Positions 29,594 through 39,577 are shown, numbered from the stretch's first letter. The stretch is DNA of 64,000 nt from Nitrospinales bacterium (GCA_965223795.1 CBDCXL010000002.1:2464001-2528000); one strand, 5' to 3'. Notes: generated from the letters alone by a model not told the origin. Numbers and translations: made by a program.

Positions 29594-30166
29594 ATGGCAA
29601 ACGCCAACTTCAATCGACAGAAAGTCGACCGCAACGGTTCCGACCGCAGGAAGTCGGAGAACCGGAAATCTGACCGGCGCAAGTCCGACCGCAGGAAATC
29701 GCGGCGCGGCGCGGCGGAACGGAGGATCGCGGACCGCAGGTCCCAGGAAAGACGGACTTCCGGCCGGAGAAAAAAGAGGGCGCTGCTGAAAACCACGCTC
29801 CAGGGACGAAACCTCAGCGGTCTGAACTTGAGCGGCAAAAACCTGAAGGGCGTGGACCTGACCGGAGCGGATCTCAGCTACGCCAATCTCAGCGGACTGG
29901 ATCTGTGGAACACGGTGCTCAGGGACGTGAACCTCATGGGCGCGGATCTGACCTGGACGGATTTGAAAGGCGCGGATCTTTCCGGCGCGCAGCTTCTGGA
30001 AACCAACCTGGCCGAAGCCGATCTGCGCTTCGCAAAAAATCTCACCGCAGAACAGCTTGAAGGAGCGTTCCTCGATCTCAAAACGCAGCTTCCCGAGCGC
30101 ATGGAGATCCACTGGATCAATGATGCGGAATTTGAAGTGCGGGAAGCCGCCGCCTCGGGAACGTGA
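29594..30166 (+). CDS. Pentapeptide-repeat protein with N-terminal (D/E)RR repeats
   Basis: SDRRK repeats followed by A(D/N)Lxx pentapeptides; AAGGAG RBS. Confidence 0.85.
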   Translation: MANANFNRQKVDRNGSDRRKSENRKSDRRKSDRRKSRRGAAERRIADRRSQERRTSGRRKKRALLKTTLQGRNLSGLNLSGKNLKGVDLTGADLSYANLSGLDLWNTVLRDVNLMGADLTWTDLKGADLSGAQLLETNLAEADLRFAKNLTAEQLEGAFLDLKTQLPERMEIHWINDAEFEVREAAASGT

Positions 30167-30461
30167 ATTTTTCCTTTTGTTTTCTTTTTAGATCGTTCTG
30201 ATTTTGCTTCTCCGATTTTTTTTAATCGGATTCCAGCCTTTTCCTGAATCCAACCCTACCTGCATTCTTTTCATCTTCCTCGTCAAGCGGATGAAGGTTT
30301 TTCCCTGAATTCCCAATCCTTGCCTTTTCGGGCATGATTTTTTTTCTGTAATTTTGACTCAATCGTGACACGCGGTTGACGTGCCTGTGACCGTGCGGGC
30401 TTATACTTGCGCCTTGGGTCCCGGATGGATGGACGACCTGGATACCCGGATTGGAGCAGGT

Positions 30462-31094
30462 ATGTACCCCAAACAGGCAGCGGTCCTTTTCACTTCCCTC
30501 ATGTTGCTGGCGGCGTGTTCCTCGCAGGAACCCGTTCTGGAAAACGCCGGCAACCCCGAACCCGTGCAGGCGCTCGCCACGGACGCCCAGCTCCCTGAAG
30601 AAGGCGAGGCGGCGGTCGAAACCGAGCTTGCGGCACTGCCGCCCGCGGAGACGGAATCCGTCACAGCGGATACAGAATCCATAGAACTTGAAAAAGCGCT
30701 CGATCCGATCGAGACGGTGCGCGCGGAAATCAAGATCCTCGAAGCGGATCTCATGAAAGCGCCGTTCGATGCGGACATCCGTTTCATCCTGGCGTCGGAC
30801 TACTGGCGCATCGACGAGCTGGACAAGGCGGTGGAGTATTTCAACGAAACGCTCAGGCTCGATCCGATGTACCACGCGGCGCACTGGAACCTGAGCGTGC
30901 TGCACGACCAGAGAGGGCAGGGGCCGGAGGCCATCCTGCACATGCAGGCGGCGGAACGGATTTTCTTGGAAAAAGAAGACGTGAAGTCTCTGGCCAAGGC
31001 CAGAAGGCTGCTGCGCGGGTATTTCAGCAAGTACGGGTTTGAGCCTGAGGATTTTGCAATGCCGAAGGGTTTTTTCGCGCGGCTTTTCGATTAA
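30462..31094 (+). CDS. TPR-containing lipoprotein
   Basis: GGAG RBS, lipobox LAAC, TPR-like helices KAVEYFNETLRLDP..AAHWNL. Confidence 0.75.
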   Translation: MYPKQAAVLFTSLMLLAACSSQEPVLENAGNPEPVQALATDAQLPEEGEAAVETELAALPPAETESVTADTESIELEKALDPIETVRAEIKILEADLMKAPFDADIRFILASDYWRIDELDKAVEYFNETLRLDPMYHAAHWNLSVLHDQRGQGPEAILHMQAAERIFLEKEDVKSLAKARRLLRGYFSKYGFEPEDFAMPKGFFARLFD

Positions 31095-31127
31095 GAGCGC
31101 GCACTCACTTTACAGGAGCGGGATGTC

Positions 31128-31433
31128 ATGAAGCGTCACACACTGTTCGCCGCGGCTGCGTTCGCCGCGTTCATCGGTATCGGAGTTTTTCTGACCACGG
31201 GGTTTGCGCAGGAGAAACACTACGGAGACCGGCATTATGGCTATTCTCCGGATCTTTCCAGCTGTGTGTGTTCGGCTCCCCTGGATCTGACCACGCGGGC
31301 GAACCGCAGCGTGGGCCGCACATCGAGCCTGCGTTCGGAGCTGGAACCGAAATTTTTGATGAGCCTGTACAACTGCCAGTGCGGTCCGCTCTACTGCGCC
31401 GTTTCGGCCCAGTCGATTTCCTGCCGGAAATAA
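31128..31433 (+). CDS. Small secreted six-Cys protein
   Basis: AGGAG RBS, signal peptide (GFA-Q), CVC...CQCGPLYC...C. Confidence 0.7.
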   Translation: MKRHTLFAAAAFAAFIGIGVFLTTGFAQEKHYGDRHYGYSPDLSSCVCSAPLDLTTRANRSVGRTSSLRSELEPKFLMSLYNCQCGPLYCAVSAQSISCRK

Positions 31434-31474
31434 TAATTCATCACGCGGTCATTGCCTGGTGCATGGTCCGGCTG

Positions 31475-32698
31475 TCAGGGCTGGATGTCCGTTTCAGGGT
31501 TTTCGGCGGTGAGGGTTTCTTCCTGGATGTCGTCGTTGGTATTTTCCATGTTCATCCCGATGCCGCTGAACGCGTTCAGGGGAACGTTGGAGGTGAGCGT
31601 GGCTTCACCGAAAGAATCGGGCGAGGGTGAAAACGCGTCGAATTCACCGGCCTCATTATCAGGACGTGCCGCGGCTGCTTTTTCTTCATTCTGTCCGGCC
31701 TGAACCGTGTCCTCCACGGTTTCTTCGGCGGCCTCCTCAACAGCCGGTTCGGGCGCGGACGTTTCGGGAACGACCGGGTCCTCGGTCGCCACTGCGCCGC
31801 TGTCCACAGGGGCGGAACGTGAAAGAACGTCCGTTCCTTCCTTGCTTTCTCCGCTCATATCGTTCTCAACCACAGGCGGTTCCTGCGTTTCCGGTTCCAG
31901 CTTCGCCACATCGGCGGTGGATTTCTTCAGCTCGGTCACGATGCTTTTGAGCGCCACCACTTTCGGGTCGTCGGACGGGTGCGACTCTTCGGTCAAAGTC
32001 AGCAGGCGCTGGTACAGGGGCAGGGCTTTTTCGTAGGATTCCTGAATCCGGTACAGGTCGGCAAGATTATGAACGGCAATGCCGATGTGGGCGTGCCCCG
32101 GCTCCAGCACGCTTTCGAAAATCTCCAGCGAGCGCTGGTACAGCGGCTCGGCCTGGGCGTACATTTTGTTCTGTTTGTACAGCTCGCCAAGGTTGTTGAG
32201 GGTGCTGGCGACGCTCTGGTGGTCGCTTCCCAGAGTGTCTTCGCGGATGCGGATGGCCACCCGGTAAAACTGCTCGGCGCGCGAGAACACGCCGGTTTTG
32301 CGGTACACGTCTCCCAGGCTGTGCAGCGTGGACGCCACGTGCGAGTGGTTGGTGCCGAGGATCTTTTTAAACAGGTTGAGCGCTCTCAGAAAATAGATTT
32401 CCGCGTCGGAGTAGTTGTTGTCCTTGAAATGGATTTCACCGATCTTGTTGATCGTCTTGGCGACTTCAAGGTGGTCGGTGCCGTGGATCTTGATTTTCAG
32501 TTCCAGAATGTCCGCCGCGTAGGGAATCGCTTCCTTATAGTTTCCGGTATCGTAATGCCGGGTGAGTTCCGCTTGCAGTTTTTCCAGCCGCTCTGTGTTT
32601 GCCTGCACCGTTTGAAGACTGACGAAAAAGAGGAGGATCCCGATTGTTAAAATCGTGGATGTCTGTTTTGTGTGCCGAAGAAGGATGCGGCGGGTCAT
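31475..32698 (-). CDS. Exported TPR protein with acidic low-complexity tail
   Basis: Signal peptide, kinesin-light-chain-type repeats, Glu/Pro-rich C-terminus; GGAGAG RBS. Confidence 0.85.
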   Translation of the reverse strand: MTRRILLRHTKQTSTILTIGILLFFVSLQTVQANTERLEKLQAELTRHYDTGNYKEAIPYAADILELKIKIHGTDHLEVAKTINKIGEIHFKDNNYSDAEIYFLRALNLFKKILGTNHSHVASTLHSLGDVYRKTGVFSRAEQFYRVAIRIREDTLGSDHQSVASTLNNLGELYKQNKMYAQAEPLYQRSLEIFESVLEPGHAHIGIAVHNLADLYRIQESYEKALPLYQRLLTLTEESHPSDDPKVVALKSIVTELKKSTADVAKLEPETQEPPVVENDMSGESKEGTDVLSRSAPVDSGAVATEDPVVPETSAPEPAVEEAAEETVEDTVQAGQNEEKAAAARPDNEAGEFDAFSPSPDSFGEATLTSNVPLNAFSGIGMNMENTNDDIQEETLTAENPETDIQP

Positions 32699-33094
32699 GT
32701 CACTCTCCCTATATAGGATATAAAATGAACCGGTTTAAGGTTGGGGCCTGGCGTTCGCCGGTTGCGGGCTGGGGTCCGGAAAGGCTTGGCGTTTCGGGAT
32801 GGAATCAGGGTGGAGTGCGCCATGCCCGGGTGTGTCCGGAATTCCCGCCGGTTCTTGGAAAAATACATTAACTTTCAACATGTTTAAGGTTGATTATTGA
32901 CACTGTATTCCTCAATATAATCCTTGTCAATGTATTCATAATTAAATTTTTTTAAGCATTATCGGAAAGGCTGATATTTAATAAGGTAGCGGGGTTTTTA
33001 TTTGCCGCCCGGTAGTGAAAATCTAATCCGGTTTTGACAAAACTGCGTATTTTTAATGCTTTTCAATCTATCTTAATGAAAAGGAAAGGAGTGC

Positions 33095-33625
33095 ATGAAC
33101 CCCTGGCACGACGTTGATCTCGGCAATGAGGTTCCGTATCGGATTCCCGCCATTATCGAGGTTCCGAAAGGATCGAAAACCAAGTACGAGCTGGACAAGG
33201 ACACGGGGCTGATCCGGGTGGACCGGATTCTCTACAGCTCCGTGCAGTACCCCGCAAATTACGGTTTCATTCCCAGGACGCTGTGCGAGGACCACGATCC
33301 TCTGGATATCCTGGTTCTGGGGCAGGAGCCGGTGTATCCTCTTTCCATCGTGGTCGCCAAGCCCATCGGGCTGATGAAAATGGTCGATCATGGGGAAGCG
33401 GATGATAAAATCATCGCGGTGCACGAGCACGACCCGGAATACTCGCATTACCAGTGCATGGATGAACTGCCGCCGCACCGGATGAAAGAGGTGAAAAAAT
33501 TTTTTGAGGATTACAAAGTTTTAGAGAAGAAACTTGTGGTGGTGGAAGACTTTCTCGGGCAGCAGGAAGCGCTGCAGGTGATCGACGAATCGCTCGAGAT
33601 TTACCGAAACTCGGTCGCTCCATGA
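33095..33625 (+). CDS. ppa: Family I inorganic pyrophosphatase
   Basis: [34 protein letters not shown]. Confidence 0.96.
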   Translation: MNPWHDVDLGNEVPYRIPAIIEVPKGSKTKYELDKDTGLIRVDRILYSSVQYPANYGFIPRTLCEDHDPLDILVLGQEPVYPLSIVVAKPIGLMKMVDHGEADDKIIAVHEHDPEYSHYQCMDELPPHRMKEVKKFFEDYKVLEKKLVVVEDFLGQQEALQVIDESLEIYRNSVAP

Positions 33626-33709
33626 GGGGTTGAACGCCCACGCAGGTGTGGTGTTCCGGCGTGGACGGAGCGGCCCAGGATGCCGTTTCGTTCTGTTATT
33701 GCGCACACC

Positions 33710-33737
33710 CGGCCGGCATTTCCGCCGGCCGTTTTTT
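33710..33737 (+). terminator. Rho-independent terminator after ppa
   Basis: CGGCCGGC..GCCGGCCG stem followed by T6. Confidence 0.65.
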
Positions 33738-33752
33738 AAAGGAAGTCAATCG

Positions 33753-34019
33753 ATGGAAGAAAGTTCGTCTGAAAACCGGATCAACGATCCGGACAAGGAG
33801 CGGTTCATCCTGAAGTTTCAGGCCGCCACCGGGTTCACGGTGGTGCTGGAGTATCCGGGGCCGAAAAAGCTGGAGGCCGACCGCAAAAGGATCGAGGAAG
33901 CGGGGCTCACCTGCGAACGCATCCCGAAATGGCATGCCAAGTTCGACAGCGCCGACCTGTATATGGACATGCGCAGCCCGGTCTGTGCCGGTCAGTTTGA
34001 ACTGGAAGACTGGATATAA
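33753..34019 (+). CDS. Hypothetical protein (88 aa)
   Basis: AAGGA RBS before ATG; GC3-biased codons. Confidence 0.55.
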   Translation: MEESSSENRINDPDKERFILKFQAATGFTVVLEYPGPKKLEADRKRIEEAGLTCERIPKWHAKFDSADLYMDMRSPVCAGQFELEDWI

Positions 34020-34284
34020 CGTCCGGGTCTCGTTTGCCTGCCGGGATTCGACTGTTTGCGGAAACGCCGTTTTCCACTCGCGCAAAGCATTGCATGAATG
34101 GATAGCGAATTCAGAATGGATTCGTTCAAACACGTTGACTTCCACCGGGTCGTTTCCGATAATTAATACAGAAGCCCGTTGTTGAGGGATTGTGTTTCCC
34201 GCCTCCGTTCTCAACTCCGCGACCGCTCTGTCATCCCTCTCAACCCCTCCAGAACTGAACCCTGCCTTTTGAAGGAGGTTTGCC

Positions 34285-35517
34285 GTGAAGCGCTTGTCCG
34301 GTTTCTTCCGTTTGGGCCTGTGTCTGCTGCTTTTTCCGGTCTGTACGCTTGCCGGGGCTCCGGCGATTGCCCTGGGGGAGGGCATTTCGGTGCCGGTCCG
34401 GGATCTCGACCGCAAGGCGGCGGATCTTTTCCGGTCCGGCCGCTACAACGAGGCGCTGCCTCTCGCTTTGCACGCCTTTCGCCTGAAAGAGAAAAAGCTG
34501 GGGCCCGGTCATCCGGATCTGGCCGCGCCGCTCATTCACCTGGGCGACCTGCACCGCAAGCTCGCGCAATACGATGCGGCGGAACCGTTGTACCGGCGCG
34601 CGCTGGAAGTGCTGAAGCCGCTGTTGTCGAAGCGCAACCCGAAACGCGCCGCGGCGATCAACAGCCTGGCGCTGATCCATTTTCAAAAGGGCGAGCACGG
34701 CAAGGCGGAAACGCTGTTTTTCCAGTCCCTGCGCATGTTCGAGCAAATCTACGGCATGCGGCACCCCAACCGCGCGGCCTCCATCAACAATCTGGCGCGT
34801 CTTTACGAGAGCATGGGCGAGTACGACAAGGCCCGCGAGCTGTACGAGCAGAGCCTCAAACTGCTGAAGCGGGCGCTGGGACCGGAACATTCTTATGTGG
34901 CGGCTGCGTACAACAACCTGGCCCTGCTGCATCGAAAAACGGGAGAGCCGGGCGCCATCGAAGGTCTCTATAAAAAAGCGATCCGCATCTATGAAAACGC
35001 GGAACTGACGGAGCACCCGCATTTCGCGACCACGCTCAACAACCTCGCGGACCATTACCTGGCCTCCCACGTGTACGGTCCGGTCGAACCGCTGCTCCTG
35101 CGGTCGCTGTCGATCCGGGAAAAGATTCTGGGGCGGGAGCATCCCGACCTGGCGTACACCCTGGACAGCCTCGCCGCTTATTACCAGGACGTCGGCCGTT
35201 TTTCGCGGGCGAAGGCGCTGGTGACGCGTTCCCTGACCATCCGGGAAAAAGCGCTGGGCCCGCACCACCCCTATGTGGCGCGCTCTCTGGAAACCCTGGC
35301 CGCGCTGCATCAGGAACTCGGCCGCTACGAGGAGGCGGCGCCGTTGCTCACGCGTTCCTTGAGGATCAAGGAAGACGCTCTGGGGGCGGGGCATCCCGAG
35401 GCGGTTGAGGCGCTTAAAAAGCTGGCCGGGCTGTATGAGGAAAAAGGCGACCACCAGCGCGCCGAACAACTGCACTACAGCGCTCTCAAACTCCAGCGCG
35501 GCAACGAAACTCCCTGA
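34285..35517 (+). CDS. Exported TPR protein (kinesin-light-chain-type repeats)
   Basis: AAGGAGG RBS, GTG start, signal peptide, LGPxHP repeats. Confidence 0.88.
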   Translation: MKRLSGFFRLGLCLLLFPVCTLAGAPAIALGEGISVPVRDLDRKAADLFRSGRYNEALPLALHAFRLKEKKLGPGHPDLAAPLIHLGDLHRKLAQYDAAEPLYRRALEVLKPLLSKRNPKRAAAINSLALIHFQKGEHGKAETLFFQSLRMFEQIYGMRHPNRAASINNLARLYESMGEYDKARELYEQSLKLLKRALGPEHSYVAAAYNNLALLHRKTGEPGAIEGLYKKAIRIYENAELTEHPHFATTLNNLADHYLASHVYGPVEPLLLRSLSIREKILGREHPDLAYTLDSLAAYYQDVGRFSRAKALVTRSLTIREKALGPHHPYVARSLETLAALHQELGRYEEAAPLLTRSLRIKEDALGAGHPEAVEALKKLAGLYEEKGDHQRAEQLHYSALKLQRGNETP

Positions 35518-35524
35518 CCGGGCC

Positions 35525-35798
35525 CCGCCCGGTGGGAACGGGTCGGGCGGCCAGGAGCGGTCTTTCCCTGTTTGCATATGGCGAAACGTTCACGCCCACC
35601 TGCTCAGCCATCGGCCGGGCCATGCCCGGTGAGGACAGGATGAACCGTGAAGGCTCTTCTTTTTTTACTTCCCAGAAAAAAGCGGGCTTCAACTCCGGGT
35701 TCGGCGCTGCGCCGGACTCCGCCCGGTGGGAACGGGTCGGGCGGCCAGGAGCGGTCTTTTCCTATTTGCATACTGCGTAACGTTCACGCTTGCCCGCT
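35525..35798. repeat. Intergenic direct repeat of about 80 bp (35525-35604 and 35719-35798)
   Basis: CCGCCCGGTGGGAACGGGTCGGGCGGCCAGGAGCGGTCTTT identical in both copies, then diverging; period 194 bp. Confidence 0.85.
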
Positions 35799-36132
35799 TA
35801 ACCCTTGTACCGGGCCCCTGCCGGTGGCGTGAAGCGGGGCAGGGCGGGCGTCCTGCCTTTTCTCGAAGCAGTTTCTTTTTTTCTTTCCTGATAGTATCGG
35901 TTCCCCGATAGTTTGTCCGAATCCCTGCGAAAATTTTACTGTTTTGCACCGTCCCGGTTGCCTTTCCACGCGTGGTTTTCGCTCTGAAATATAAATGTCT
36001 TAAAGATTCCTTGGATTAATTTTAATTAATATTCACATTTTTAACTCGACATTCGTCAAGTTTTCCTGCATTTGTGGAAATATTGACGTGCCGATATTGG
36101 GATAAGTCTATATATTTAAATAAACTTAAAAT

Positions 36133-36148
36133 TGGCATGAACATTGCT
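36133..36148 (+). promoter_or_regulatory. sigma54 promoter TGGCATGAACATTGCT
   Basis: Near-perfect TGGCACG-N4-TTGCW match in AT-rich DNA upstream of 36378. Confidence 0.75.
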
Positions 36149-36377
36149 CTTTAAGCATCAATTATTTAGCAGGATGTGTGAATTGACACCCTAAAAATCA
36201 AAGGCTTTGGCCTTGATTCGCGGGTGGGCCCTTCATTCATGCGAAACCGGGCATCAGCATGCCGAAGACAATGCCTGATCCGGGACTCTTGCGAATGGCC
36301 GGAACGTTTTTTCAGAGGACATCCGGATACGAAGGCAGGAACCGGCGAGCCCAAATTCATTGTGAGGGAGAAGGCTT

Positions 36378-36596
36378 ATGATCAAGGCAGTCACGCAGTA
36401 CGTCATCGTATGCGACAACGTTTTTTGCGATTCGACGATGCGGGCGGGGGTGGACTTTCACTCGTACGACCGCAGGGAGCAGTTCAAGCAGAAGGTGAGA
36501 AACAGAGGGTGGGGCGGAATTGTTGAAGACAATGAGGACACACGGCACATCTGCCCGAGTTGCCGTGACTTTGACCTGGGAGTGTACAAAAAATGA
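36378..36596 (+). CDS. Small zinc-ribbon-like protein
   Basis: CDNVFC...RGW...HICPSC; GGGAG RBS; ATGA overlap with next gene. Confidence 0.75.
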   Translation: MIKAVTQYVIVCDNVFCDSTMRAGVDFHSYDRREQFKQKVRNRGWGGIVEDNEDTRHICPSCRDFDLGVYKK

Positions 36597-36958
36597 ACGC
36601 AAAACAAGAAGAAGCGAAAACCCATCAATCTTTGGCGAACAAAGTCCGGCAGGCACGCGAGGACCGGATGATGAGCAAGGCGGAACTGGCGCGCAAAGCG
36701 GGCCTGACCGTGCAGACGATCGACCGCATCGAGCGCGGACACGAATGCCGGCTGGCCACGAAGCGGAAGATCATCCTTGCGCTGGGCTACGATCTGGCTG
36801 ACCGGACGAAGATTTTCGTTCCGTCGGACACGCACGATGACGAACACATTGGCGAAGATTCTTCCGATATGGATTCCTCGGACATCGGTTCGCACCTCAT
36901 CGGCAGTGAGAAAGAACGGATGCGGATTCTGCGGAAAAAGGCGCCGATGCAGTCTTGA
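36593..36958 (+). CDS. XRE-family HTH protein (paralog 2 of 3) with acidic C-terminal extension
   Basis: MMSKAELARKAGLTVQTIDRIERG..CRLATKRKIILALG. Confidence 0.85.
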   Translation: MNAKQEEAKTHQSLANKVRQAREDRMMSKAELARKAGLTVQTIDRIERGHECRLATKRKIILALGYDLADRTKIFVPSDTHDDEHIGEDSSDMDSSDIGSHLIGSEKERMRILRKKAPMQS

Positions 36959-37186
36959 CGGTTATGGGGCGTATTCCGCCCTTGCAGACTTTTGCCCGCC
37001 TCACTCCGATCCATGCTCCAGGATGCGGGTTCGCATCGCAGCATCGCGCACCGGCCTGCAATCAGGCCGGGTTTGAACGCAGGCCCTTCGGGTCGCGTGC
37101 GACAGCGCATTGCCGGAAATATAAGGTAAATTCCGCCAAGGAAGGCGGAGTCGGCACTTGTTTCGATTCCATTTTCGGGACTGTCG

Positions 37187-37585
37187 TCAATCCGCCGCCT
37201 CGTTTTCTACCTCGTGGTGGTAATAGTTGGCAAAGTCCTTGACGGATAAAATCCCGACCACTTTCTGGCTGTCCGTCACCGCAATGTGCCGGATGTTGTT
37301 CTGGTGCATGCAGCGGTAGGCGTCCATCATGGATTTTTCCCTGTCCAGGGTGATCAGCGGCTGGGTCAGGATGTCGGCGATCCGGGTTTTTTCCGGGTCG
37401 CGTTTTTGGGCCAGCACTTTGTGCGTGAAATCCACCGTCGTGACGATCCCCAGATAATTCTCGCCGTCGTAAACCAGCAACGCCCCCACCTTGTTTTTGA
37501 GCATGAACTCCGCCGCTTCGGATACAGAGGCCTTGGGGTTCACACTCAGCAGCGACTCTTCCATGAACTGATGAATCCGATCCAT
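37187..37585 (-). CDS. CBS-pair domain protein
   Basis: KVGALLV..GIVT..D and NIRHIAV..VGILSVKD. Confidence 0.9.
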   Translation of the reverse strand: MDRIHQFMEESLLSVNPKASVSEAAEFMLKNKVGALLVYDGENYLGIVTTVDFTHKVLAQKRDPEKTRIADILTQPLITLDREKSMMDAYRCMHQNNIRHIAVTDSQKVVGILSVKDFANYYHHEVENEAAD

Positions 37586-37815
37586 TTTTTCTCCTTTCGA
37601 ACTCCCTGAAAATCAGAGCGATTGTATCCCGGCGGCGGCAATCCCCTTGAAAAACTGTGTTCTATTTTATAATTTTATGGTACAATATTGTATTAAAAAA
37701 TATAATTGAGTCTTTAATTGTTTAAATTATTGATGCCGCCGCCGTTTCGGCCTAATGTGCGGTTAATCAATAACTTTAACTTTGATCCCCGGCTTGCCGG
37801 GGAGGAGAACGGTCC

Positions 37816-38397
37816 ATGAGCACCACTGGCTTTGTGATTCTGGGAATCCTGCTGTTCGGGGTGGTGGCCATTGTGGGATACGCCTTCGTCATCTACAACG
37901 GCCTGATCGCCCTCAAGGAAAACATCCAAAAATCCTGGTCGAACATCGACGTGATCCTCAAGCAGCGCTACGACGAGCTGCCCAAGCTGATTTCCGTGTG
38001 TGAGAGTTACGCGGCGTTTGAAAAGGGAGTGCTCGACCGGTTGATGCAGGCGCGGGAAAAATACGTGGGCGCCGGCAGTGTCGGTGAAAAAGCGCAGGCC
38101 AGCGGGGAGATCAGCGCGGCGTTGAAAAGCCTGTTCGCCCTGGCGGAGAACTACCCCGAGCTCAAGGCCAACACGAATTTCATGCAGCTGCAGAACCGGA
38201 TTTCCCACCTGGAGGAGTCGCTGGCGGACCGGCGCGAATTCTACAACGACAGCGTCAACAACTACAACATCCGCATCCAGCAGATTCCGGATGTGTTCGT
38301 GGCTTCCTTTTTGCGCTACCAGCGCGAGGAGATGTTCCAGGTTTCCGAGCAGGAGCGTCAGGACGTGGACGTGAAAATCAAACTGCCGCAGATGTGA
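37816..38397 (+). CDS. lemA: LemA family protein
   Basis: N-terminal TM, WSNIDVILKQRYD, AENYPELKAN, RREFYNDSV. Confidence 0.95.
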   Translation: MSTTGFVILGILLFGVVAIVGYAFVIYNGLIALKENIQKSWSNIDVILKQRYDELPKLISVCESYAAFEKGVLDRLMQAREKYVGAGSVGEKAQASGEISAALKSLFALAENYPELKANTNFMQLQNRISHLEESLADRREFYNDSVNNYNIRIQQIPDVFVASFLRYQREEMFQVSEQERQDVDVKIKLPQM

Positions 38398-38403
38398 CCT
38401 CCC

Positions 38404-39385
38404 ATGTACATCAACATGGAAACGCTACTTTTTTGCACGGCAGGGACCGGTTTCGGGGTCTACTGGTTTCTCTCCGGGTTTCGCGAGCTGAAATCCTCCC
38501 GCACCATCCAGAACATCCCCACCTCGCGCATCGCCACCGGCGCGGTGGGCACCAACGTGGAGATCAAGGGAACCCTCCTGCGGCCTGACGGGAACCTTTT
38601 GAACGGGCCGATCAGCAACAAACCCTGCACGTTTTTTTCCATCGAAATCCAGAAGCTCGTGCGCAGCAAGAACAACAAGCGCTGGGTGCGGGTCGATCAG
38701 TTTTATTCGGACGATCACTTTTATTGTGGACGACGGCAGCGGCGCGCTGGCCCAGGTGTTCGTGCGCGGCGCGGTCATCCAGAGGAAAGGCGGGAACCAC
38801 ACGTTCCGCTCCCGTTCCAGCAATTTCGGAACCATGCCGGGCAGTCTGCGGGCCGCTCTGGAAACGAACAGCGGCCGGCTGCGTTCGTTCCGCCTCAATC
38901 CGACCTCCTGGTTTTTTTCCAGCGAGTACCGCTTCATCGAGTGGTGTTTCGAGCCTGGCGAAACCGTTTATGTGCTGGGCTATGCCGATTCGGGCCTCAA
39001 GCCGGTAAAAAGGATCAAACTGAAATTCGCGCATTACCTTGCGGGCAAAAAACGGGTCGAAGCCGAGGCCGCTTTGCAGGAACGCTTCGACATCAACCGG
39101 GACGGCGTGCTCGATGAACGCGAGATGGAGCGGGGTGCGCAGGTGGTCGGCCTGAAGCTGCAGGAGGCCGCGGATTCCACGGCGGTGGAAGAGGCGCCTG
39201 CCAGCGCAAAAATGGTTTTCCGCCAACGCAAACCGCATCCTTTTTTCATCAGCAACATGAAGGAAGAAGACCTGGTGAAAAAACTCTCCTGGAAAGCCGC
39301 CCTCAAGCTGTGGTTCGGGCCGGCGGTGGCGATCGGCTGCGCCGCCTACCTGTTCTGGTTTCTCATGCTGGGTAAAGACCTTTAA
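38404..39385 (+). CDS. LemA-associated GIDE-like membrane protein with EF-hand; +1 frameshift at about 38725
   Basis: IQNIPTSRI..VEIKG; removing T38725 gives HFYVDDGSG; VYVLG; EF-hand DINRDGVLDEREME; TM helices at both ends. Confidence 0.8.
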
Positions 39386-39406
39386 TACCTCTTAAGTGTT
39401 CGGATA

Positions 39407-39577
39407 ATGGAAAACTTCAAACAGGAAGCCGTTTCTGAAAACGTATCCCTGCCATTCCTGTCAAGCGAACCGTCCGTCGTTGCAGCCGCAATTTTCTTTT
39501 TTCTTATAGGTGTTTCTCCGTTTTTCAATCATGAAATCCACAATATATTTCCAAATTTGCTGGGCAAGGATCTTTAA
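39407..39577 (+). CDS. Possible 56-aa small membrane protein ending LGKDL (not in ORF track)
   Basis: Open frame MENFKQEAVSENVSLPFLSSEPSVVAAAIFFFLIGVSPFFNHEIHNIFPNLLGKDL; AT-rich, weak RBS. Confidence 0.35.
   Translation: MENFKQEAVSENVSLPFLSSEPSVVAAAIFFFLIGVSPFFNHEIHNIFPNLLGKDL

Noticed and set aside
32960..33000. GGTAGCGGGGTT resembling the 3' end of a c-di-GMP-I riboswitch
   Set aside because: The upstream GGCAAAC/GAAA/GACGCAAAGC elements are missing
35715..35728. 14-bp match GACTCCGCCCGGTG to the tRNA-Cys 3' half as a possible att site
   Set aside because: Opposite orientation to the tRNA, short and GC-rich, no integrase; core genes lie between the two
23906..36958. Prophage suggested by XRE and zinc-ribbon genes
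   Set aside because: No integrase, terminase or structural genes; housekeeping ppa is interspersed
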